Assembly: GCA_039794045.1 (NCBI GenBank)
Contig: JBAMLY010000015.1
Span: forward strand, 6,404-60,099
Length of the DNA: 53,696 nt
Source of the DNA: Candidatus Micrarchaeia archaeon
GTDB taxonomy: Archaea; Micrarchaeota; Micrarchaeia; Norongarragalinales; UBA8480
Direction: 5' to 3'
Positions within the stretch are counted from its first letter, which is position 1, and each line of letters opens with the position of its first letter. The position numbers and the translations under genes are program-made. Below the pieces are notes generated by a model. It was not told the origin of the DNA. It saw only the letters and a program-made list of their open reading frames with translations, and made no database searches. Shown piece by piece: positions 8,375-19,400 of this stretch.

Positions 8375-11300
8375 ATGGCAGAAGAAAAGGGGCTTTACTA
8401 TGCTTTGGAGGACAAGTATTATTCTTTGATGGAGTGGATTGAAGGCAAGCTCCACATTCCTGTCGTCAGGTATTTCGTTGACCCGATTGAAAGCCGTGGA
8501 ATTCCTTCCATGCCTGTTTTCTTGCTTGCCGTATTGCTTTTCGCTGGCGTAATCGCTTTTATCGCTTTTCCTTTCCTTTCTACTGCTGGCCTTCAAACCA
8601 CTATTTTGGATGTTCAAGTAATGGCCAACGGCGCGCCTTTGGATGGAGCCCAGGTTACTCTTTTGTACAACGGCGAGCCGTTCGCTTCAGCGGTTTCTTC
8701 TGATGGTGTTGCTTCTTTTGAAAACGTGCCGGTTCGCGGGGGCTACTCGGTTCGCGTGAGCGCGCCTGGTTACGCGAAATTTGAGAAGCCAGTGACGCTT
8801 TCAAGCGAGCCGGTCTCATTTACTGCTTCTCTTCAGTCAGAGGGCGGCGCCGTGATCGCTACTCCAACGCCTTCGGGGCGCGAGTACAACTTTGTCGTCG
8901 TCGTAACCGACACGGCAGGCAAGCCGGTAACGAATGCAGTGGTCGACTTTTCGAGTCCTTCGCCTGGCGGAGACAGTGGGAGCTCAACTACCAATGCGCA
9001 GGGCGAGGCGGTGTTGAAGCTTTCCACTCAAGAACAAATATTGTTGATTGACGCGCACGCTGACGGTTACTTGGACGAGCGCAAGGCCGCGCGCGCTAAA
9101 GACGGCGGAGTAAAAATAGAGTTGACTTCTTCTGGCAATGCCTTCTTTGACTCTAATGGCGACAACTCTGGTGGCGCGAGCGAGGGAGGGCAAGCTTCCT
9201 TTGAAGGCGTTGACGTGCTCGCCACCATCCGCGATGACGCGGGCAATGGCGTGGCAGTAAAATGCGTTCTCTACGACGAGCAAACTTCCACGCCTTTGGA
9301 CTCTGCAGCCAGTGATGTGGGAATTTGTTCTTTCAAGAAAGCCGCTCAACCAGGTGAAAGCGTTTACGTTGAAGTAACTCCTAAAGATTCTTCTTTCCTC
9401 TCGAAAACGTCGGACTCCGGCATAGCGCAAGAAGGGAGGCTCTTAGAGTTTAAAATTACTTTAGAGCGCGCTACCCCGCCTTCCACTCAAGAAATAAGGG
9501 TTTCGTTCAAGGACGAGGAAGGAAAACCTGTTTCGAGCGCGAGCGTGAACTTGTACTTGCTTGAATCAAACAAGTTGCTTGGCTCTTCTTCTACTGACGA
9601 GAATGGCTTGGCTTCGTTCGAGGTTTCTTCAGCGATTCCTTTGACGAGTGTTTACGTGACCGCTTACGCTGAGGGATTCCTGCCTTTGAGCCGCGAGCTC
9701 TCTGGCAAAGACTCTTCCTTTGTGCTTCAAGCTGCGGTGACTGGCAACAACGCTGACTTGGCGGTGCGCGTTAAAGACGACGACGGCGTGCTGGTTTCTG
9801 GTGCTACTGTAGTGCTTTTGGATGGCGAGGGAAAAATTCTGGGCATGCCTGCGGGAACGACTGACTCGGCTGGAATCGCTGACTTTCACGGCGTTCCAGT
9901 GGGAGTTGAGTTGCGTGCTCGTGCTGCGAGCGCACCCCGCTTTGGTGAAAGCGATGTTTTCTCGTTGTCGTTGGGAGAAGAGGAGAGGACAGTGGATGTT
10001 TTCCTTGCTCCAGCGCGTGGCTCGATAAGAGTTTTCGCGGAAGACCTGGCTTCGGGAAAGCCTGTCGCAGCGTTGAAGGCTACTGCCAAGCTAGCGCGGG
10101 ACGGAACGCTTGAAGGAAGTTGTGTTACTGACGACAACGGCTCTTGCATTATTCAGGACGTCGTGGCTGGAAAGGAAGTAATCCTGGTCGTTAGCGGGCC
10201 GGGCTACGTTGAATTTACTTCCTCGCCTTTTGCGGTTCCCGCCAACGAGATAATGGAAAAGAAGTTGAAGTTGTTGCCTTCCTCGCTCTCGAATCAAACG
10301 CAAGTGTTCTTGGCTGAGGTGAGGGACGAGCAAGGAGTGGATGTTACTGGAGCTGGCGTGCTTTCCAAGGCGGGCTATTATTGGGTGCGCGTCGTCGCCA
10401 ACTTTCCTAAAGGAGTGGAAGAGCAGGGAATAATGCTTCGCGTGGGAGACAAGCCAACGCCAGCAGAAGAACCGGCTTACATTGTTTCGTTTGACTACGC
10501 TCCAGTCGGCGTTGCTGCTCCCGTTGGGTTTGCGGGGGCTTCTTATTCTCCTTCCGGCGACTCTTCTTCTGACTTGATGAACAGCGACGTTTCTGGTGGC
10601 GCGAAGTTCGTTGGAGTGCGGTTTTCTGGTCTTGCTGGAAGCGCGGAATTGAAGGCACGAATTTTCGTGAAGCCAACGGCGCGGCCTGGAATAGACAAGG
10701 TTAAGTTATACTACCGCGCTTGGTCGCGTTCTGGGGAAGTGTTTTCTTACGAGCCCGCAGACGCCGTGTTGGGGAATTCGCGTAAGGCGGCGGACCGCGA
10801 CTCGCTCTACGCTGAATCAAGGCTGGCTTCTTATGACGTCGTGGACGGCGTTCTAGTGTGCAATGACGCTGGAACGGCGTGCGCTGCGTTGTCGTTTTCT
10901 TCTCCTGAAAACACTGTTCCTTCTCCTTCGCCGTTTCAAGCGGTTCTCGGCAGGGACTTTACCGTGAAATACGATTTACGCGTTTTCGGCGCGTTCGAGG
11001 CGTCAACTGCTTACGCGCGCTTGTGGAACCCTGACGAGACTTTGAAGCTCAAAGACTTTTCAGGCGATGGCACGAGTCAAAAAATTTCAGACTTCGAGGA
11101 ACGCGTTATTCTTTCAAGTGCCAAGCAAAACTATTCTGGTTCGTTTGCCGTAACCCCGATTCTGCCCAACCAGAACGCCAGGCTCGCCTTCGAGTTCGGC
11201 GATGGCAGGGGAAGAATTTTGTTGAGTGACGCTAACACCGTAATAGTGCAAGGCAAGGGCAAGCTATTCATAACTGGCTTGTCTCCAGCGTCCTTGACTG

Positions 11301-14300
11301 CAGGCAAGCGCAAGGACTTGTCGTTGCGCGTCGTATCTGATTTGGGGGTGTCAATCGAAGACGCTAAAGTCGCGTTGCAGGAAATGGATGAAGCAGAGGC
11401 AGGCTCGCCTTTCGCTGGCTCGCCGCCTTCTCCGTTGCTCGGTGACGCGAGCGAGGACAACGGAAGAGACGGCTTCTACCGCTTTTCCAAGCTCAAGCCA
11501 GTCGCTCCAGGAAAGTTCTTGGTAGTCGTTTCGCGGGAGGGCTTCAAGGAAGCGACGGCGGAAGTGCAAGTAAAGACAACTGACTTCTTTTCGTTCGACC
11601 CAGAAGATGGAATAGAGTTGGACTGCAGGGGAGGAACGCTTAAAGTAAAGAATTTGCTTGACGCCAACGCGCCCCTTGACATAGTGGTTGGGCCTGGCGT
11701 GGACGCCCTTCCTTGCGTGAACGTTACTGGGCCGGGAGTGGTGAAAAAGCTAGAGCGTTCTCCTGGCGCGGCGGCCGGCTCTAATAAAGGACACCAATAC
11801 ATTCCAAGCGGTTCTTCTGCTGGTTCTTTCGTGGAAGCAGTTTATCACGTGGAGAACGTCAAGCCTGGCGCGACGAAGACGCTTAAGCTCACGCCGACCT
11901 CTAATGGCGATTGCACCATCGCTTTCTCTTCAAGTGACGCCCGCAGTGGCTCTAACTACTACTCTGAGTACGAGGTTTCGAACTTGTGCAACGCCTTTAA
12001 TACTTCCAGCGTGTCCCAAGTTCTCAACGTAACAGGCTATGTGTTGCGCGTTCAAGGCAACTTGTGGGTAGGCCCAGACGGCAAGAGCGGGCCCGCGCGC
12101 CTCCTGATTCCTGCTCCGAATGACACGCGCAGTGGAGACAATGTTTCTGCGACTGTGTGGTTCACTAACTTGGATGCTTCCGCGCACTCTTTCTACTGCC
12201 AGAACCGAGCGAAAGTCAGGGTGCTCAGCGTTTCCGCTCAACAGTTTCCGGCGAGCAGCGTAGTGAACTACACGTTCACGAGGCCGGGAATGTATTATTG
12301 TTACTTGGACAACGGAGACCTCGCGAAAATCAAGGTCAAGAGCGCGTGCCCCCACCACGGCGTCAACTACTACGCAGGCTTCATGGCCGCCTGCCTCTTC
12401 AAGGAAAACTTGTTGAAGGGCACCGCCCTCGGCGACATCGTCAACTTCGGTGCAAGCGCGTGGGAAGTCGCGGCAAGCATTCCAATTCACTACGACCTCG
12501 TGACTGGAACGCAGACTGGTGTGCCTAACTATCCCAACCCTTACTTGTCTACGGCGACAGTGGCCCAGTACGGCTTGCCGGTGTGCGGCATTCAAGGCTA
12601 TCCTTACGCGAACTTGCCTCCAAACTATGCTTACAACCAGCAAAACAATTACTTTTCTCCAAACGGCCAGCCAGTAACCATGCCGCAGGGAATGCCTTTG
12701 AGCCCACTTTCAACGCAGTGTTATGGCACGGGCTTTTACGAGAACATTAATTACGCGCCTCCTTCCACGACGACTGGCGCGGACTGCAAGACAGTAGGAA
12801 ACAAGATGACTTGCACGGTGCGCATCAGTCCAATGATGCGGTCTGGCGGCGTGCCGTTCGTGTTAGACAACGTTATACTAGACCAAATGCCTTTCCTGCG
12901 CGTTTCAAAGAAAATTGCGGGGAGCGGCAGCAACGACTGCTTCCAGTTGTGGGACTTGGACAACTACTACGGCACAAAGATAGGCGAGGCGCTCGGCAAA
13001 GGCTTTTTCCAAGTCACTGGCTTTGGCGCTTACCCGCTCGCGCGTTCTTTCGCGGTCGTCTTTAACCCCGACGACAAAGATAGCTGCATTAACTACGTCT
13101 ACAAAGACGGAAAACTTGTTGTTGAACCAGCGGGCGCCAGCGAGCAAGAAATGAAGATAAGCACTGGCATTGGCAGGGAACTCCGCATCGTCCTTAAAGT
13201 GTTGCCCCTCGAAAACGACGCGATGGCGCCGTACTACCTCACTGCAGTGCCCGCGGGTGGAAAGGTTGTGGCTCGCTCTTACGCAGACAAGGACTATTCA
13301 GTCGAGCCTTACTTGTTCGTCAACAACATTCCTGACCGCTCGGTTACGTTTTATTACGTTGACCAGAACGGCAACACCGTGGCTGAAACTGCTGGCGCGC
13401 CCACAAAGGCGACCGAGCAAAGCATTGTCTTGTTCGCGCCAAAAATTGTTGACAAGCAAAAAACGGTTGTCACGAAGCTCAAGATAGGAAGCGCTCCAGA
13501 AATAAGGTTCGACGACAAAAACAATTTTGTTGCATCTGACTCGCCCGCGTCTTTCGCCGTCAAAGCAATGGACGCCTTAAAGGGAACGGCGGTGCAGAAC
13601 GTAACGCTCTTGGACGTCGTTGGAAGCGTGGGCGCGGAAGACGGCCTTGCTCCAGCCCTCAAGTGTAGTGGCACCAAGTTCTGCACTCAAGAAGAAACAG
13701 AGAAGGCAGTGAAGGCAATCACTGAAGCAATTCAAAGCGCAGTCAAGCAGTCTTACTCTACCATGCCCTTCGTTTTAAAGCGCAGCTTCCTTGACGCGCA
13801 AGACCTCGGCTTCCAAAACTGTTTGGACGCGCTAGCCCGCGAGCTGATTGCGGACCGCGCGAGCGAAGCGGTTTGCAAGAACTTCTTCAACTTGTGCAAC
13901 AAAGACGAGTTCGACGCGGAAGAAGAAGAGATAGAGGAAGGAGAAGCAGAGGGAGTAAGTTATTCGTCGGTATCTGCTGCCGCAGGAGGAGCAATAAAGC
14001 AAGTAATCTGTCAAGGCACTCAAATGGGCCAGCAAGTGCAAGGAATAGAAAGCATTTTCGGCAACGCGCAGGCGCGCAACCTCATACGCCAAGCGTTCGG
14101 CCGCGCGCTGGGTTCAGGAACGTTCACGACCCCTGCGCCGACGCAGTTGCTTGAAAAAATCAGCTTGCCCGAGTTCTACTTCATGCTCAAGAAGGCCGAC
14201 CCGCTCGGCGGTGGAGTGGAAGGCACTGGCTTGAAGTTGTTCCACTTGAAAGTGAAAAGCATTGATGACTTGCTTGCGGCCGCGAGCCAGCAAACCGGCT

Positions 14301-16432
14301 GGGAAACTGTTTACGAGGAAACGGGCTTCGTGCCAGGCAAGCCCACCGAAATTCAGAGGATTGGAAGCATTCCCTACCGCGCCGCCAAATCAATTATTGG
14401 AGGCTTGTACGACTGGGCACGCGACGCAGTTGCAACGAGCGGCAAGAACCGCGGATTTCCGTACGTAGTCTACGACGAGAAAGCGAGCGCTTACACTATT
14501 GGCTTCAGCGAGTACCCGACTCTCGCGACGCTCAACAAGTTCGTCGTGCTTCCCTTCCTGGAGCCGCTCGAGGCAAGTGGTTCGCCGCAACTCTTGGACC
14601 ACGACCCACTTAAAATCGCGGAAGCCTTCAACAAGCAACGCCGAACTGCTCCCTCGACTTCGGCTGCGGCAACCGCAGTCTACGTTTCAAGTTGTTTTGA
14701 CTCGAACGTCATCACCGACAAGTCGTGCTTGGACTCCAGTGGAAGGCTGGCGAGCGCGGCCCCTGAAGTCGCTGAAGCGCTTGGCAAGAAGCCCGACGAA
14801 ATACTAGGCGTTGACGGCTACTTCGTGGTTCGCGTGACTGGAAGCGACTCGTGGACTAGCGTGCCCGAACTAAAAGTAGTGGTGAGAGAGCCGGCTGCTC
14901 CGTTAGACGGCAAGACGGCTTCAGTGGCTGAAGAAGTGCAGGAGATAGTAAAGTACTTCGCCGACGAGGCGTACGAACTCAAGCTGCCTGCAGGAAAAGA
15001 AAAATGGCCTTGCAACGCCACCGTGGTGAGCGCCTCGGAAATAGTTGGCTTCTGCCCAGGCAAGGTTGCAGTGCTTCAACCGCAGTCAATCACTCTCTCC
15101 GTCGTAGACGAAAAAGGCGTGCCAGTCAAGGCAAGCAAGCAAGGCAACTGCGATTACACTGTTGACTTGAGTGATGGATTGTACAAGTTCGTTTACTTCA
15201 GCGTCGCGCTTGGCTCCCAGCAGGCGACTAATCAGCCAGTCTCCTTGTCTTTCGGCAAGAGCACTGGGCCCGGAACCTTCGTTGAAGTAGTAGATAATTT
15301 CAAGCTCTTGCAACCAAACCTCGCATTCCCAGGAATTTCTTTCGGGCCGGCTTCAAGCGAGCCAAACGGCAGGTTCCGCGTGCTCGTAACCCAGAAAAAC
15401 CCAGTTCAAGGAAAGAACTATTTCACGGTTCAAGCATTTCACAAGACGAGCGAAGGCAAGCAAATAAATTCAGGCAAGGTAACCGTGTGCGTTACTCCAG
15501 CGACGCCGGCGGCTGCAGCGCCAGAACAACAAGCGAGAGGGATTGCTAGAGAAGGCACGCTTGGCTTCGTTGCAGTAAACACTGACCAGCAAGACAACCC
15601 TAACCTCAAAGGCTTGCCGGTTCCCTCTACTGCAGTAGTCAAATTCAACAAGGCCGGCGACCCCTCGTCAGGCGGCAAGATATCTATTGAGTTGGGCGCG
15701 TGCAGCGTGGACTGCGGCTGGACTGCAACGCTCGTGCAAGTCCCCAACGCCAACGTTTACGCCGGCAACTACAAGTGGTGGTGGAACAACGCTGCAGCGA
15801 GCTTCGCACACAAAGGCACTAAGACAACTATTGTTTACGAGTTCCCGCCATTCAACGAGTTGGAAGGCGTTCCACCAAAGCAAGGCAAAGGCATTCCGGC
15901 AGCCGACGGCGTTTTCTTCGAGTTATTCGTTTGCAGGGACGGCTTTGTGCCAATGCTGAAGAAACACAACGGCCAACTGTCCGAGGACTGGAACCGTGAC
16001 TTGTGGCAAAACTGTCGCATTGCGGCGCTCCCCCAGATTCCAAGAGAAGAATTGTGGAAGCCAAGCACGCCAAGCGCTCAGCCTTCAGCGCCCAAGCCAA
16101 CTCCTGCGGCAACCCAGGCGGCTGCGACTCCAACCATATCACCCGCAACTCAAGCAAAGAAGCTGCGCGGCGAAACCTGCGCGCAAGACTCTGACTGCGT
16201 GCCAGGCTCGTATTGTCGCGTTGCGGGCGCAAACCAAGACTTCACTTCATTTCTCTACCCGGACGAGATAATGCCAGTCAGGGATGGCATGAAATACTGC
16301 GTTGAGTTGGGCGTCGCAGAGAAAGGAGAGGAATGCATTCTCGTGAATGGAAGCGAGTCCGAGTGCGTCCAAGGACTAACCTGCAAGCGCGACGCCAGCG
16401 AAACGACGCGCGTCAAGTATTCTTGCCAGTAA
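8375..16432 (+). CDS. Giant membrane-anchored surface protein 2 (about 2685 aa)
   Basis: ATG 8375 (TTG 8366 is an alternative). IESRGIP plus TM helix, six carboxypeptidase-regulatory-like repeats, a Y/N/Q/P-rich segment, an acidic tract, a P/T/A linker and a terminal Cys-rich module (GETCxxDxDCxxGxYC; GEEC...CVQGLTC). Confidence 0.85.
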   Translation: MAEEKGLYYALEDKYYSLMEWIEGKLHIPVVRYFVDPIESRGIPSMPVFLLAVLLFAGVIAFIAFPFLSTAGLQTTILDVQVMANGAPLDGAQVTLLYNGEPFASAVSSDGVASFENVPVRGGYSVRVSAPGYAKFEKPVTLSSEPVSFTASLQSEGGAVIATPTPSGREYNFVVVVTDTAGKPVTNAVVDFSSPSPGGDSGSSTTNAQGEAVLKLSTQEQILLIDAHADGYLDERKAARAKDGGVKIELTSSGNAFFDSNGDNSGGASEGGQASFEGVDVLATIRDDAGNGVAVKCVLYDEQTSTPLDSAASDVGICSFKKAAQPGESVYVEVTPKDSSFLSKTSDSGIAQEGRLLEFKITLERATPPSTQEIRVSFKDEEGKPVSSASVNLYLLESNKLLGSSSTDENGLASFEVSSAIPLTSVYVTAYAEGFLPLSRELSGKDSSFVLQAAVTGNNADLAVRVKDDDGVLVSGATVVLLDGEGKILGMPAGTTDSAGIADFHGVPVGVELRARAASAPRFGESDVFSLSLGEEERTVDVFLAPARGSIRVFAEDLASGKPVAALKATAKLARDGTLEGSCVTDDNGSCIIQDVVAGKEVILVVSGPGYVEFTSSPFAVPANEIMEKKLKLLPSSLSNQTQVFLAEVRDEQGVDVTGAGVLSKAGYYWVRVVANFPKGVEEQGIMLRVGDKPTPAEEPAYIVSFDYAPVGVAAPVGFAGASYSPSGDSSSDLMNSDVSGGAKFVGVRFSGLAGSAELKARIFVKPTARPGIDKVKLYYRAWSRSGEVFSYEPADAVLGNSRKAADRDSLYAESRLASYDVVDGVLVCNDAGTACAALSFSSPENTVPSPSPFQAVLGRDFTVKYDLRVFGAFEASTAYARLWNPDETLKLKDFSGDGTSQKISDFEERVILSSAKQNYSGSFAVTPILPNQNARLAFEFGDGRGRILLSDANTVIVQGKGKLFITGLSPASLTAGKRKDLSLRVVSDLGVSIEDAKVALQEMDEAEAGSPFAGSPPSPLLGDASEDNGRDGFYRFSKLKPVAPGKFLVVVSREGFKEATAEVQVKTTDFFSFDPEDGIELDCRGGTLKVKNLLDANAPLDIVVGPGVDALPCVNVTGPGVVKKLERSPGAAAGSNKGHQYIPSGSSAGSFVEAVYHVENVKPGATKTLKLTPTSNGDCTIAFSSSDARSGSNYYSEYEVSNLCNAFNTSSVSQVLNVTGYVLRVQGNLWVGPDGKSGPARLLIPAPNDTRSGDNVSATVWFTNLDASAHSFYCQNRAKVRVLSVSAQQFPASSVVNYTFTRPGMYYCYLDNGDLAKIKVKSACPHHGVNYYAGFMAACLFKENLLKGTALGDIVNFGASAWEVAASIPIHYDLVTGTQTGVPNYPNPYLSTATVAQYGLPVCGIQGYPYANLPPNYAYNQQNNYFSPNGQPVTMPQGMPLSPLSTQCYGTGFYENINYAPPSTTTGADCKTVGNKMTCTVRISPMMRSGGVPFVLDNVILDQMPFLRVSKKIAGSGSNDCFQLWDLDNYYGTKIGEALGKGFFQVTGFGAYPLARSFAVVFNPDDKDSCINYVYKDGKLVVEPAGASEQEMKISTGIGRELRIVLKVLPLENDAMAPYYLTAVPAGGKVVARSYADKDYSVEPYLFVNNIPDRSVTFYYVDQNGNTVAETAGAPTKATEQSIVLFAPKIVDKQKTVVTKLKIGSAPEIRFDDKNNFVASDSPASFAVKAMDALKGTAVQNVTLLDVVGSVGAEDGLAPALKCSGTKFCTQEETEKAVKAITEAIQSAVKQSYSTMPFVLKRSFLDAQDLGFQNCLDALARELIADRASEAVCKNFFNLCNKDEFDAEEEEIEEGEAEGVSYSSVSAAAGGAIKQVICQGTQMGQQVQGIESIFGNAQARNLIRQAFGRALGSGTFTTPAPTQLLEKISLPEFYFMLKKADPLGGGVEGTGLKLFHLKVKSIDDLLAAASQQTGWETVYEETGFVPGKPTEIQRIGSIPYRAAKSIIGGLYDWARDAVATSGKNRGFPYVVYDEKASAYTIGFSEYPTLATLNKFVVLPFLEPLEASGSPQLLDHDPLKIAEAFNKQRRTAPSTSAAATAVYVSSCFDSNVITDKSCLDSSGRLASAAPEVAEALGKKPDEILGVDGYFVVRVTGSDSWTSVPELKVVVREPAAPLDGKTASVAEEVQEIVKYFADEAYELKLPAGKEKWPCNATVVSASEIVGFCPGKVAVLQPQSITLSVVDEKGVPVKASKQGNCDYTVDLSDGLYKFVYFSVALGSQQATNQPVSLSFGKSTGPGTFVEVVDNFKLLQPNLAFPGISFGPASSEPNGRFRVLVTQKNPVQGKNYFTVQAFHKTSEGKQINSGKVTVCVTPATPAAAAPEQQARGIAREGTLGFVAVNTDQQDNPNLKGLPVPSTAVVKFNKAGDPSSGGKISIELGACSVDCGWTATLVQVPNANVYAGNYKWWWNNAAASFAHKGTKTTIVYEFPPFNELEGVPPKQGKGIPAADGVFFELFVCRDGFVPMLKKHNGQLSEDWNRDLWQNCRIAALPQIPREELWKPSTPSAQPSAPKPTPAATQAAATPTISPATQAKKLRGETCAQDSDCVPGSYCRVAGANQDFTSFLYPDEIMPVRDGMKYCVELGVAEKGEECILVNGSESECVQGLTCKRDASETTRVKYSCQ

Positions 16433-16448
16433 TTGGAAGTGGTGGGCA

Positions 16449-19400
16449 ATGTCTTTACAAGATTTTTTTGTGGGTTTGCAGGAAAAGTGGGAGGAGTTCC
16501 TTGAGTGGAGCGACGAGAATGGCTTGCCGTTCCGCGAATGGAATGACGCCCTGGAGGCCCGCGGCATTCCCGCAATGCCGGTGTTCGCGCTCGCCGTTGC
16601 AGTCGTCTTTTTTGTGGCGTTCTTTCTCGTGGCCGGCTTTCCACAAATTCCTGGGGTTACCGTACAGCCTACTGCCACCGTAAAGCTCACCGTGTTGTCC
16701 GAGGAAGGAATAGGAGTTCCTAACGCGTTGGTTCAATTGAAGGCGAACGGCAAAATAATTGCCGCCAAGAACACTGACAGCAGGGGAATCGTTACTTTCT
16801 CTGACGTGCCAGCCGGCGAGCTTACTGCCGTGGCTTCGGCGGCTGACTTCAAGCAAGACTATGTGAGCGTGACAACTAAAGGCGGCGAAGCTTCAGCCCA
16901 GAAACTCGTTTTAGTGCGCGTTTCAAGCTTTAAAGTAGTAGTTTCCTTCGAAGTTCAAGGCCCCCAGTCCGCGAACTTCAGCGTTTGGGATGAAAACAAA
17001 ACGGTTTTAATTGACTCTGCTTCTGGCGCGACTGCTTCCTTCGAGTTAGAGCCCAGCAAGAATTACTTGGTGCGCGTTGAAGCCCCACAGTACACTCCAG
17101 AGGAGAGGCTGGTGCCAGTGGGAACAACTAATGCCGCGCCAATTTACGTGCGCTTGTTCAAGACGAGCGAGCCACGTACTGCTTCGTTGCACGTACTAGT
17201 TTACGACGACAAAGGACTCACGGGAGCGCCGATAGCCAATGCCTCAGTTCAAGTGCGCGCCAACAACTCCGAGGCAGTGATTGCGACCGGCGTCACGGAC
17301 GAAGAAGGCGCGATAGACGCTGTGGAAGCTCCAGTTGGTTCGCTGGTAACAGTTTACGCGAGCGCGCCAGGCTACTTGTCCACTGAAACAGAGGCTTTCC
17401 AAGTGCCAGAGGGAAGCGTTTACAAGAGAGTGCGGCTGGCCAGGAAAACCGAGGAAAACTCTAAAGCGATCGCGGTGAGCGTGACTACCGCCAGCGGCGA
17501 ATACGTTTCCTCGCCCACTGTGCGCTTGTACTGCGGCGGCCGCAAGAGAGACGAGAAAACTCCTGCAAGCGGGACGACTTCGTTTGACGCCGCGCTAGGA
17601 GAAAAGTGTTTGGTTACCGCTTTCAAGGAAGGCTTTCTGCCTGCCTCAAAGCAAGTGACCGCGAAAGGCGAAGCGACTCTCGTGCTCAAGGAAGCGACTT
17701 ACCTTAACTCTGCGTCGCTGGAAGTGAGCGTGGTGGACTCTGCAGGCAATCCAGTTCCCATGGCTTCCACTACAGTATTCAATTACTCGGGCGAACCACT
17801 TGGAATCCCAGAAAAGACTACTGGACTCAGCGGAACAACTTCTTACTACTTGCCTGAAGGCGATTACGTGGTGAGAGCTTCTTCGGGCAACAGCGAGGGA
17901 AGTGCGAAAACAAGAGTTTCGTTTAACGCCAACAACTCAGTGCAAGTCAAGCTGGCGCCCCTCAAAGCGGTGGCGGCAGTAACAGTTCAAGACTATTATT
18001 CTAATGCTTCAATTGCTGGCGCGAAAGTAACCTTGAAAGACGCGTCCGGCGCGACTGCTTCCTGTCTTACTTCGCTGCAAGGCTGTTCGCTTGAAGCTCA
18101 AGAAGGCCCTGCAGTCGTCTCAGTCGCTGCGCAGGGCTACGAAGACTATTCCGGCACGCTGGAATTAAGGGGAGGCACTACCACCAACTACTCGGTTGTT
18201 CTCGTGAACTCAAGAGTTTCAGCCGACGTCAAACTCGCGTTCCTCGGAGTTTTCGACTCCAAGGGAAGGCAAGTAAACAAGTTGTCGCCGGCAACTGTTT
18301 ATACTGCGCGCTACCTACTCAAAAACCCGGGAATCCCGTTCTACTCTGCCGAAGCATTCGTTTTGCTTGGCAGCGCGAGCAGCTCCCTCGAATCCGAAGA
18401 CGCGGAAATAATCGAGTACTCTGCAGACGGCGCGTCAATCACGGCGGGCGCTGATTTCTCGTCTGCCGCTGACTTCAGCGTGGAAGCGACTGCTACTGCA
18501 ACGCCTCAAAACTATTCACAGTCGAACTCGTCGGGCGGCGTTGCAGTGCTGCCATCCACAAAAGGAACCTCGCTCGCCTCCAACGCGGAAGGCTGGAAGT
18601 GGGTTAAATTTGTTTTCCCGCAGTTCAATGGCACAAAAGAACTCCGCGTGAAAATCCGCACCAAGCCAGTAGCGAGTGGCGCGCTGTCTTTAAGCCACCG
18701 CTCCGCGTTTGCCACGGCACGGGGAGTGTTACGCGACCCAGAAGACGCGGCTGCCGGCACTTCAAAGTCGCCTCTCCTCGCCAACTTGAAGCCCTCCGCA
18801 ACCTACGAAGTATTTTTCGCGGGAGAGTGCCAGAACGGGTTGTGCGTGCAAGCCTTCCTGGAAGGACAACAGGGAAGGTCGGCTGACTCGCTTGAAGCCC
18901 TCATTCCCGAGCAGTTCAAAGTGCGCTTTAGCGTCGCGTCAGCTTCAGGGCAAGCCACTCTCACTCTTTCAACTGAAAGCAATGCCTTGCAGTTGGTTGA
19001 CGCGTCAGCCGGCGCCACTAAAGTCGCCGCGAAAAGCCCTGCAGGAGAAACCCAGGAACTATCAATAAAATCAGGAGGCGATGGCGCGTTCAACGTAAAA
19101 GCAAAAGCGTTCGCGAAAGACGCCCGCCTCGTCTTGAACGCGGAAAGCGGCGACGCAAAGTACGAGAAAATTTTCTCGGTTCGCGTAGTCAGCCCAAAGA
19201 ACTCGCTTAAAGTTTCTTTGAAGCCAGAGCGCTTGATAGCACTGCAAGAGAATACAATAGTTTTCAAGGTGACAGACACTTTAAACAATCCAGTAACAAA
19301 CGCGCGCGTTGTGATAGGCTCGCAGGAAGACGCGCTCGGCTCCACCGTCGAAGCAGGGCCTGCAACAGGCAAGAACGCCGAGCCAGGAACTTACGTCGCG

